From Macrostomum lignano (taxonomy: Eukaryota), in contig NIVC01001399.1 of assembly GCA_002269645.1 (NCBI GenBank), positions 124,001 to 188,000 on the forward strand: a DNA stretch of 64,000 nucleotides, in the 5' to 3' direction. Both the position numbers and the translations under genes were made by a program. The stretch's first letter is position 1. Every line of letters begins with the position of its first letter. Below are positions 33,801 through 43,600 of the stretch, one piece after another. The notes beneath the pieces were generated by a model, which searched no databases, was not told the DNA's origin, and saw only the letters and a list, made by a program, of their open reading frames with translations.

Positions 33801-36800
33801 CTGCCTCTCCGCTCCATCACTCCATCAGACTCCGAGGAGAATCTGCCTCTCCGCTCCATCACTCCCTCAGACTCCGAGGAGAATCTGCCTCTCCGCTCCA
33901 TCACTCCCTCAGACTCCGAGGAGAATCTGCCTCTCCGCTCCATCACTCCCTCAGACTCCGAGGAGAATCTGCCTCTCCGCTCCATCACTCCATCAGACTC
34001 CGAGGAGAATCTGCCTCTTCGCTCCATCACTCCCTCAGACTCCTTGAAGAAACTGCCTCTCTGCTCCATCATTCCCCCAGACCCCAGACTTCGAGAATCA
34101 AAATTTTAATAAATAAAGCTAATGTATTTATCATAGTACTCTACTGTTAAGTAGCATAGTAAGAATATTTAATATCATTTTTCACAACTTTTTTCAACAG
34201 CCAATTGCATCTTTTCTGTCGGTGGCTGTCCTATTAGTTTTCATACGCAATTCAATTCTAGCTTCGATAGCTAACAGCATCTTTGATAGGCATCTGGATC
34301 TGGCTGAGTTAATTGGTGAGTAAAAGAGTAATCAATACTTTTAGCTCTTTTTGTAAAGCGTTTTTTCGATACATATCGTCAAATTCTATTTTGCAGTTCT
34401 CTGCCTACTATTGTGCTCGGTATTGCATTGCAAAAGTCTGTTTGCACCGCATTGGACTGCGATAAAATTATTAACAATTTCATTTGGCACCGCTGCATTA
34501 GCGCTGGGATTAGTTCGTAACGATATAATCCCATTTGTTAGCTCCAATGTCAGGTAAAGAATTGAAACTGTTCTTAAACTGAAATTCTTTTTACCTAATT
34601 AAGCCTTAATAACTTGTTCTAATGCTCGTATTTTGTAGGCTAATAGTTTCGGCAGCTCAGTTTGTAGCTGTGGTGTCCGTGTATTTGTTAGCCTGGCTTA
34701 ACAAATCCAAAATTTCCTCTAAAGTCAGCTGGAGTGTAATTCTCTGCATCGCTTTGACCTGTCAGCATCTGCTGCTCTACTTCACTGTGGTGAGTTGCTT
34801 GTTTAACTGTAGCTGGGCCAACCTCCCAGATCCTCAGTTGCTGGGCCAGCCTCCCAGATCCTCAGTTGCTGGGCCAGCCTCCCAGATCCTCAGTTGCTAG
34901 GCCAGCCTCCCAGATCCTCAGTTGCTGGGCCAGCCTCCCAGATCCTCAGTTGCTGGGCCAGACTCAGAGTCTCAGTTGCTGGGCCAGCCTCCCAGATCCT
35001 CAGTTGCTGGGCCAGACTCAGAGTCTCAGTTGCTGGGCCAGCCTCCCAGATCCTCAGTTGCTGGGCCAGCCTCCCAGATCCTCAGTTGCTGGGCCAGCCT
35101 CCCAGATCCTCAGTTGCTGGGGCCACCAGCCTCCCAGATCCTCAGTTGCTGGGCCAGCCTCTCAGATCCTCAGTTGCTGGGCCAGCCTCTCAGATCCTCA
35201 GTTGCTGGGCCAGCCTCTCAGATCCTCAGTTGCTGGGCCAGCCTCTCAGATCCTCAGTTGCTGGGCCAGCCTCTCAGATCCTCAGTTGTTGGGCCAGCCT
35301 CTCAGATCCTCAGTTGCTGGGCCAGCCTCCCAGATCCTCAGTTGCTGGGCCAGCCTCTCAGATCCTCAGTTGCTGGGCCAGCCTCTCAGATCCTCAGTTG
35401 CTGGGCCACCAGCCTCCCAGATCCTCAGTTTCCGGGCCAGCCTCCCAGATCCTCAGTTGCTGGGCCAGCCTCTCAGATCCTCAGTCCGCTCAACTATCAT
35501 GTATTTTCATCAGACTCCTATCTATTCCCTTCGCACAGTTCGACCCTTCGCTCGTGTCGTATCAAGCTGGCATCGCACTGGTTGGCTCCATCAGCATATC
35601 GTCAAGTTTCGCTCTGTCTCTGTGCGGAACCATCAGTGCCGATAAACTCTTTAAACCAGCAGTTGCTCTGTGAGTTTTTGCTTTCTGTAATTCATACAAT
35701 TTTTCACCTCATCTGCATTGACATTTTTTGTCTGTTAAATTAAATTTTTCCAGCTTTGCCTGCGTGATACTACTAGCTGGATTGCACCAACTACTACTGC
35801 CAAGCTGGTCTTCGTTCACACTTTCTCTAATAGTAGTTTTGCACCAGTTGGCAGCCTGTAGGTGGCTTTACTACCTTGCGAAGGTAAAATATTTAAGTAT
35901 AAATGGTAATATTATTGCTTTAATTATGATTTTTTTCATATCGATTTTTTCTCTATAATTTTGTTAACAGTCAAATCCGGATTTGGTTCAACTGACTCAA
36001 AAACTGGCAATTGAAGAACTGCTTTTCAATGGTTTGTTATCTATTGCCTACTGTCTGTTGCTGTTGGGCTGTTGGAATCCGTTGGACAATGCTATTGTAA
36101 GTTTTTCCTTGCGTTTTTGTTTTTTATGACACTATGTATGACACTACTCTGGCTCAAGTAGGTTGTATGCGTTTTGCTAGATAAATTTGCTCTGTAAATT
36201 TAAAAACATGCCTAAATTTATGTTTTTTGTCGCTGGTTGTGACATTTGCAGCTGGCAAAATGTCTGGCTGGGAAATAGATGCCTAGCTGGCAAAATGTCT
36301 GGCTTGGAGATGCCTAGCTGGCAAAATGTCTGGCTGGGAAATAGATGCCTAGCTGGCAAAATGTCTGTCTGGGAAATAGATGCCTAGCTGGCAAAATGTC
36401 TGGCTGGGAAATAGATGCCTAGCTGGCAAAATGTCTGGCTGGGAAATAGATGCCTAGCTGGCAAAATGTCTGGCTGGGAGATGCCTAGCTGGCAAAATGT
36501 CTGGCTGGGAAATAGATGCCTAGCTGGCAAAATGTCTGTCTGGGAAATAGATGCCTAGCTGGCAAAATGTCTGGCTAGGAAATAGATGTCTAGCTGGCAA
36601 AATGTCTGTCTGGGAAATAGATGCCTAGCTGGCAAAATGTCTGGCTGGGAAATAGATGCCTAGCTGGCAAAATGTCTGGCTGGTAGATGCCTAGCTGGCA
36701 AAATGTCTGGCTGGTAGATGCCTAGCTGGCAAAATGTCTGGCTGGTAGATGCCTAGCTGGCAAAATGTCTGGCTGGTAGATGCCTAGCTGGCAAAATGTC

Positions 36801-37918
36801 TGTCTGGGAAATAGATGCCTAGCTGGCAAAATGTCTGGCTGGGAAATAGATGCCTAGCTGGCAAAATGTCTGGCTAGGAAATAGATGTCTAGCTGGCAAA
36901 ATGTCTGGCTGGGAAATAGATGCCTAGCTAGCAAAATGTCTGGCTGGTAGATGCCTAGCTGGCAAAATGTCTGGCTGGTAGATGCCTAGCTGGCAAAATG
37001 TCTGGCTGGTAGATGCCTAGCTGGCAAAATGTCTGGCTGGTAGATGCCTAGCTGGCAAAATGTCTGGCTGGGAAATAGATGCCTAGCTGGCAAAATGTCT
37101 GGCTGGTAGATGCCTAGCTGGAAAAATGTCTGGCTGGTAGATGCCTAGCTGGCAAAATGTTGGAAAGTGTCAATAATACTTCAAATAATAATAAAAACAA
37201 AAATTTATTTCATCTGCTCAGAGTGCTACTCAATATTGTCACCTCACTACTCAAACAACTTCGTTGAAAAAAATGTTGATCTGATGAAGTTTTCACCTGC
37301 TTTTTTAATAAATTGCAGTCTCTGGCCCTGCCGGCGCTTTTACTGGCTTGGCTGGGCCCTCGCTCCCAGGCTCCGTTCCTCATCGCCCAGCTGCTCAGCT
37401 GCCAGCTGGCTGCCCTATATTCGGTAGATTTCTACGGAATTGACGATTTGGACAATTCAAATTGGTGGAACCGTTTGGTAGGCCTGCTGGAGTCCGCCCT
37501 CTGCTTGGGCCAGCTGCCGTTGCACTTCATCTTGTGCAGTCTGGCTCTTGACAGCGACAATGGCTCCTCTATGGAAGATGGAAGCGGCGATATTGCTTCT
37601 GTTGCGGAAATCCGTTGGCCGCTTGTCAGTCTGTATGGTAGAATCTTTGCTAACAATAACAGCAGCAGTGGCAGCGGCCGTTTTTATTCCAGCGTGAGAA
37701 TAAGAAACGATGACGACTTAACGCCATTGTTTATCGCCCTGATCACCCTGCCACTGCCTGTGTGTTTAATTGTCTTGATGGCGTCCAGCCTGCAGGCTGT
37801 CTGTCTGTCCGTTGCTACGCTGTTGTTGGGGTCGGATTTTCTAGCCGAGAATTATGCCGACTTTTTAATTGACATGCTGCAGGCATCGTTTGCTTCGCTC
37901 AATGACGGCAAATATTAA
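21827..37918 (+). CDS. Large multi-pass membrane protein, NEF1 (NO EXINE FORMATION 1)-like, ~950 aa visible. Exons 21827-21901, 24598-24724, 24803-24921, 25000-25183, 26123-26201, 27249-27543, 32478-32656, 32761-32857, 33207-33435, 34201-34315, 34397-34553, 34639-34789, 35485-35669, 35754-~35905, 35971-36096, 37319-37918; first exon not found
   Basis: 16 hydrophobic exons joined in phase by GT-AG sites (one donor uncertain). Collinear resemblance to remembered Arabidopsis NEF1 segments, e.g. EGLRIFGYCLLPGLATGICSWFLTTIYGIEYLPYY vs ERLLFACVP..SSFFAWATISAVGMNNSSYY, and QLPLHFIL...ITLPL vs TAPGHIIF...LTLPL. Confidence 0.8.
22003..24505. repeat. 57/59-bp satellite with internal hairpin (GTGAGTCAGTGACTGAATTGATCAAATAGTCACTGATTCAGATTGATTAGTTGAGCA)n
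   Basis: About 2.5 kb of near-identical units; TCAGTGACT...AGTCACTGA inverted repeat around TTGATCAA. Confidence 0.97.
25244..26070. repeat. 46-bp minisatellite (GGGTGTACATTGGATTCCCCTTGTTTATCCTCTACTCTATAGACTC)n
   Basis: Visible array. Confidence 0.95.
26375..27135. repeat. 16-bp minisatellite (ATCTCCGACACTTCAT)n
   Basis: Visible array followed by TTAGGATTAGGATTAGGGTT and one inverted unit (ATATGAAATATCAGGGA). Confidence 0.93.
27608..30732. repeat. 31-bp essentially C-free satellite (AGATAGTTAGATTTAGTTAGATAGATAAGTT)n
   Basis: About 3.1 kb array built from GATA/GTTA subunits. Confidence 0.97.
30978..31049 (-). mobile_element. SINE copy 3 (3' fragment)
   Basis: GATTACACCTGCC...CAGCTCAGCCGCAGCTATTGCGCGGCGCAT matches the SINE tail. 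Confidence 0.8.
31251..32437 (+). mobile_element. 1.19-kb non-autonomous retroposed element with 16-bp TSD, (AAC)n tail and internal 33/34-bp minisatellite (31350-31648)
   Basis: AAATAGCTTGTAACGT at 31235-31250 and 32438-32453; 3' end TTAACAACAAC; GC-rich interior. Confidence 0.85.
33460..34070. repeat. 42-bp minisatellite (CCGAGGAGAATCTGCCTCTCCGCTCCATCACTCCCTCAGACT)n
   Basis: Visible; intronic, begins about 25 bp after donor 33435. Confidence 0.95.
34812..35484 (+). repeat. 28-bp minisatellite (CTGGGCCAGCCTCCCAGATCCTCAGTTG)n
   Basis: Visible; last unit ends in the CAG used as acceptor of exon 35485. Confidence 0.95.
36250..37162. repeat. 31/35-bp minisatellite (CTAGCTGGCAAAATGTCTGGCTGGGAAATAGATGC)n
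   Basis: Visible array. Confidence 0.95.
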
Positions 37919-37979
37919 TAAATTGACTGATCGCTGCTTATTTGCTTGATTCTCAACTTAAAAAATCTCCTAATTAATC

Positions 37980-38640
37980 TAGGATTCCCCATCTAGAGTG
38001 GGAAATCCTCAACTATGCAACGAGGATTCCCCTCCCTATTTAGAGTGTGAAATCCCCAAGTATACGACTGGGATTCCCCTCTCCATCTAGAGTGGGAATT
38101 CCCAAGCTATGTAACGAGGATTCCCCTCCCTACTTAAAATGGGAAATCCCTAACTATACAAATTGGATTCCCCTCCTAATCTAGAGTGGGAAATCCCCAT
38201 CTATGTAACGGGGGTTCCCCTCCTAATCTAGGCTAGGAAATCCCTAACTATACAACTGAGATTTCTTTCTCCATCTAGAGTGGGAATTCCCAAACTATGC
38301 AACTGGGATTCCCTCCTTATTTAAGGTGAGAAATCCCTAACTATGCAACGAGGATTCCCCTCCCTACTTAAAATGTTGTGCTCCCTAACTATCGGAAGGG
38401 ATTCCCTTCCGATAGTTAGGGAGAATCCCCTTTATACAACTGGGATTCCCCTCCTAATCTAGAGTGGGAAATCTCCAACTATGTAACGGGGGTTCCCCTC
38501 CTAATCTAGGCTAGGAAATCCCTATCTATATAACGGGGATTCCCCTCCCTATTTAGAGTGGAAAATCCCCTAAGTATACAACTGAGATTCCCCTCCAATC
38601 TAAAGTGGGAAATCCAGAACTATGCAACAGGGATTCCCTG
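37980..38640. repeat. Degenerate ~57-bp repeat rich in GGGATTCCCC/GGGAAATCCC/GGGAATTCCC motifs, with a perfect 21-bp-arm palindrome at 38381-38423
   Basis: Visible; CTCCCTAACTATCGGAAGGGA-T-TCCCTTCCGATAGTTAGGGAG. Confidence 0.85.
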
Positions 38641-39005
38641 TACAATCTCTTGTTGAAAATCCGCTTTATATTATGATAAAAAATATCCCATTGCTTTGTT
38701 CTTTTGCTCTGGCGCTGTCACAAGTGATTTCTTTCCGTCCGACACAGCTGTAACAGTACGATTACTATTACTTGTCACTGAATAGCTGAACAATAAATAA
38801 TTTAGCGCTTCTACTGACTAGCTCAATTGTTAACCTAAATATGTAGTGCTATGATGTACGTTGATGTTCTTCTGCTAAAGAACACAAAATATAGAATGCT
38901 TTTTTTAACCTAATCTGGGTAATTAACCTGGAAGTCTTAAGTGAGTTTTCGATTTTTGTTTTATTTTGTCGGTTTTTTCATCAAACATTAATAGTAATTA
39001 TAATT

Positions 39006-39297
39006 GATTACACCTGCCCTAATGGGCGGATGTGCAACCGACAGCTCAGCCGCAGCTATTGCGCGGCGCATCTCTGAAGGCTGCGTACGGCTGTTCAGTC
39101 CAAGGACTGGGGGGGGGGGTCGCCACACACACCCTCAATTACCCCAGCTAATGCTGGCACCCATTTTACAGCTGGGTGAACTGAAGCAATGCAGATTGAA
39201 GTCTCTTGCTCAAACACAAATTGTTCCAAGTGGGATCGAGAATCGAACCTCTGACCTTCAAGTCGTGAGTCTGACACTCTAACCACTAGGCTGCAAT
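39006..39297 (-). mobile_element. SINE copy 4 (full length)
   Basis: Same head, core and tail as other copies. Confidence 0.88.
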
Positions 39298-40033
39298 TTC
39301 CCCAACCATCAATCAAAAATACGATAAAAAACTTTAGCTCGCTACTGCAAGTAGTCTTTCAAGTCAAATACAAAAAATTGACCAGAAGAAAACATATTTT
39401 TGCAACGCAATTTAAGAATCATTGTGCTTCAATGGTTGCTAAGTGAAACTAGGGACAACAGCAATCAAGTTTTTGCCTCTTGTCCCTGCTGCCTCTTCTG
39501 GCCCACTTAAGCAGCTGAGCCTGCCCAATAATTGCCACTTTACTTACGAGTTGGAAAAGCTGAAGAGAGAGCTCTGCCGTTGAGTGCAGATGTTTGTCTG
39601 CCTGACCATTATTTTTTTAGATGCCCCGTGTGTTCTCAAGTCACAGCGCTGTCTGAGCGAGCCTTAGGCAGCTGCTGCGGTTTTAGAAATTTACACCGAA
39701 CCGAATATAATTAATAAATGCGATGTGTGGCTGCGACCTGCTGTCATTCGAAATAATTTTTAAACAGCTGCTATGAAAGTTACATGTACAATTGCAAAAA
39801 TAATCGAAGCTTACATTTAGCTACTAAAAGTAGAAGTAAAGTCTAGATGTACATGTATAGCTTTATGGGATATCGCGTTCACATTCTCAGTCAGCTTTAC
39901 AAGCTATAATAAAATTCGTAGTTACCTGTACAAATAATTCAAATCTACTGAATAAAAATTAAAGGAAGTTTTTTTAGTCTGAAAAATTTACATGTATGCT
40001 TTTGCAAGTATTAAAAATATAAAATAATAAATT

Positions 40034-40104
40034 TGCATCGGCCGGGAATCGAACCCGGGCCGCCCGCGTGGCAGGCGAGCATTCTACCACTGAACCACCG
40101 ATGC
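40034..40104 (-). tRNA. trnG-GCC: tRNA-Gly (anticodon GCC)
   Basis: Reverse complement GCATCGGTGGTTCAGTGGTAGAATGCTCGCCTGCCACGCGGGCGGCCCGGGTTCGATTCCCGGCCGATGCA folds as a canonical cloverleaf; T-run terminator downstream. Confidence 0.97.
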
Positions 40105-40662
40105 TTCGATTAGCAAGATAGTACAGGCTGTACCATAATGCTCCCGATGTTTACAAGCAGCCCTGTTCGCGGAAACAGTAAATTATGAGATAAAAAAGTC
40201 TAACAGTTTTGCAAACTGAGAGACAGTCGATGCAACCTTTTTAACGCAGAATTATACTGTAAACTTGTTTGCCTTTTCCCGTCTATTTCTGTCTACGAGT
40301 ATGGGCAAGACTCCAAGCTACTGCCAAATGGAAATTCTCAACTTGGTTGGTTAAATTCTTATTAAATAAGACATGCATTACCTTGTTTTCGTACGATGGA
40401 GGGGGGCTGCTGCGGAGTCTGCAAAGTTGCTGCACGCGTGCGGTCAATGCTTTTTTAACCCCCTACCTTACTCTCCACATTTTGCTGCGATACATTAACA
40501 ATTGTTCTGACCAAAAATAAGCGCCGTATATAGGCTATATATATATATATGTATATAGATAGATACATGGCTATTTTGAGCAAGCAGTGTGGTGTCTGTG
40601 TATTAAGTTTCGAGAAGATTCTAACAAAACTACTGTAGCTTCATCATACGTATACAACTCAC

Positions 40663-43600
40663 ATGGACTCGTCAAGAAGTCGTTCACCAGCTTCTAGCAG
40701 CTCGTCCCGGGCTTTTGTGTCCACTTCTGGGACTAGGAGCAGCGGGGCCAATGTCAGTTCCAGTAAGTGCACAGTTGTGCGGTCTTACATGCCCCGGTTC
40801 TGGCACCGCTAATTATCCAGATTAGAGCCCTACTGACTCACAGATTAGAGCCCCACTGACTCACAGATTAGAGCCCTACTGACTCACAGATTAGAGCCCT
40901 ACTGACTCACAGATTAGAGCCCTACTGACACACAGATTAGAGCCCTACTGACACACAGATTAGAGCCCTACTGACTCAGATTAGAGCCCTACTGACTCAC
41001 AGACTAGAGCCCTACTGACACACAGATTAGAGCCCTACTGACTCAAAGATTAGAGCCCTACTGACTCACAGATTAGAGCCCTACTGACACAGATTAGAGC
41101 CCTACTGACACAGATTAGAGCCCTACTGACTCAGATTAGAGCCCTACTGACTCACAGACTAGAGCCCTACTGATTCACAGATTAGAGTCCTACTGACTCA
41201 CAGATTAGAGCCCTACTGACTCACAGATTAGAGCCCTACTGACTCACAGATTAGAGCCCTACTGACACAGATTAGAGCCCTACTGACACAGATTAGAGCC
41301 CTACTGACTCACAGACTAGAGCCCTACTGATTCACAGATTAGAGTCCTACTGACTCACAGATTAGAGCCCTACTGACTCACAGATTAGAGCCCTACTGAC
41401 TCACAGATTAGAGTCCTACTGACTCAGATTAGAGCCCTACTTACTCAGATTAGAGCCCTACTGACTCAGATTAGAGCCCCATGACACCAGAGTTGAAGCA
41501 CTCACTGACATCCAAACTGACATCTCACTGAACCGCCTCCAACAACCAATTTATTAACAGGCCGAATTCTTGCGGACGTTCCATGCGAAGTTTGCGGCGA
41601 TTTCAGCAGCGGAAAGCATTACGGAGTCTACGCCTGCGATGGGTAAATCTGAATCAATGTACTTTTAATCGATGTATCGATGTCAGGCTGACCTATTTTC
41701 TCTCTCTACCAATGTACTTTAAATCCTCGGTCAGTCTGACCCTCTTTCTCTCTTCTAATGTACTTTTAATCATCAGTCAGTCTGATCTTCCTTTTCTCTC
41801 TCGATGTACTTTAAATCCTCGGTCAGTCTGACCTTCTTTCTATCTTCTAATGTACTTTTAATCATCAGTCAGTCTGACCTTCCTTTTCTCTCTCTCAATG
41901 TACTTTAAATCCTCGGTCAGTCTGACCTTCTTTCTCTCTCTCCCAATGTACTTTAAATCCTCGGTCAGTCTGACCTTCTTTCTCTCTCTCCCAATGTACT
42001 TTTTATCCTCGGTCAACCTAAATGCCTTTCTCTCACACAATATAATTTTAATCCTCGGTCCGTAGTACATTAAGAGCCTTTCTCTCTATGTACTCTCTCC
42101 AATTTAAAGTGCATTTTGTCTTTTAGATGCGCCGGCTTCTTCAAGCGATCCGTGCGCCGCCAGCACAAGTACGTGTGTAAGGCGAAAAATGTTTTAACAA
42201 ACAAAGACGGAAGCGGTACAGAGGCTAATACTGGCGGATTAGTCATCAATGAGTGTCATATCGATCGCAATTTGCGAAATCAGTGCCGAGCGTGCCGGCT
42301 GAGCTCCTGCCTGCGGGTTGGCATGAGCAGGGAAGGTGAGTACATGATGTACTTGAACAAGTGCAAAACTTGTGCGTTCGGAAACCTGAAAACACTGAAT
42401 TTTAACACCAAGGACTACTAGACTAGTGTGTTCTATAACGAAGTGTTCCTAGTGGTCCTTGCTTCACACCTGTGCATAACAGGGAATTCAGTATTCACAC
42501 CTGTGCATAACAGGGAATTCATCATTCACACCTGTGCATAACACGGAATTCATCATTCACACCTGTGCATAACACGGAATTCATCATTCACACCTGTGCA
42601 TAACAGGGAATTCATCATTCACACCTGTGCATAACACGGAATTCAGCGTTCACACCTGTGCATAACAGGGAATTCAGCATTCACACCTGTGCATAACAGG
42701 GAATTCAGCATTCACACCTGTGCATAACAGGGAATTCAGCATTCACACCTGTGCACAAGCTTCACACAGAGGCTAACATAGCCATAACTTCACCTGTAAC
42801 CCGATATGAAACTAAAAAAACCGGGGCAAACATCGTGACGCAGAGCTGCCAACGTGACTCAGTCAGTCAGCCTATAGTCAAGTCAGAGTCAGCGCAGAAC
42901 AAAACAAGCGAGAGAGTTTGAGTCACACAGCGCCTTAGCTTTATCTCTACCAGTGCCCACAATTGCCCAATATACAATTGCCTTTTTCTTTAATTTCCAA
43001 GACCTCTCGCAACGGCTTGACAACAACTTCTGACAATTTCTGGCAGGGAAAGAAGCAGGTAGATGAGAAAATAGAAATATCAAAATAAAAGCTCCATCTC
43101 TCTCTCTCTCTCTCACTCTCCAGATGCAGCAGTTCTATTTGAGCTATTCAATAAGATAAGATAGAAGTTAGGGTGCGACTTGAAAGAGCTTGCCAAATTG
43201 TATCGTGGGTTTGAATATGATAAGCCCTCTCCCCCCTTTAACTTCTGCTGCTTCTCATACGGCAATTCAGGACCCCTAGCCATTGTCCTGTCAGACCTGT
43301 CTGCTCTGACTGTCTCAGCAGTGCTTGTTGCTCAATGCTAGACCGTTATTGCACTGTACCTGTATGTGTTGCTTTTGTGCGATTGAAGTTTGCTGAAATT
43401 TCTGGGCCTTTGGGTCTAATTCCTTGTCATTTGATTCTCACACCGAGATATCTGAGTCAGTCAGCAGCTACTGAGATATCTGAGTCTCATTCCTTGTCAT
43501 TTTATTCTCACTCCGAGATATCTGAGTCTCATTCCTTGTCATTTTATTCTCACTCCAAGATCTCTGAGTCTCACTCCTAGATCTCTGAGTCTCACTCCAA

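Noticed and set aside
33274-35743. Repeat-derived ORFs (ENLPLRSITPSDSE, LGQPPRSSVAG) as coding sequence
   Set aside because: They lie between well-defined donor and acceptor sites of the NEF1-like gene; only their non-repetitive ends are exonic.
21827-37918. GPI ethanolamine-phosphate transferase or Pecanex identity for the membrane protein
   Set aside because: No luminal phosphatase-like domain or Pecanex C-terminal domain seen; collinear NEF1-like blocks fit better.
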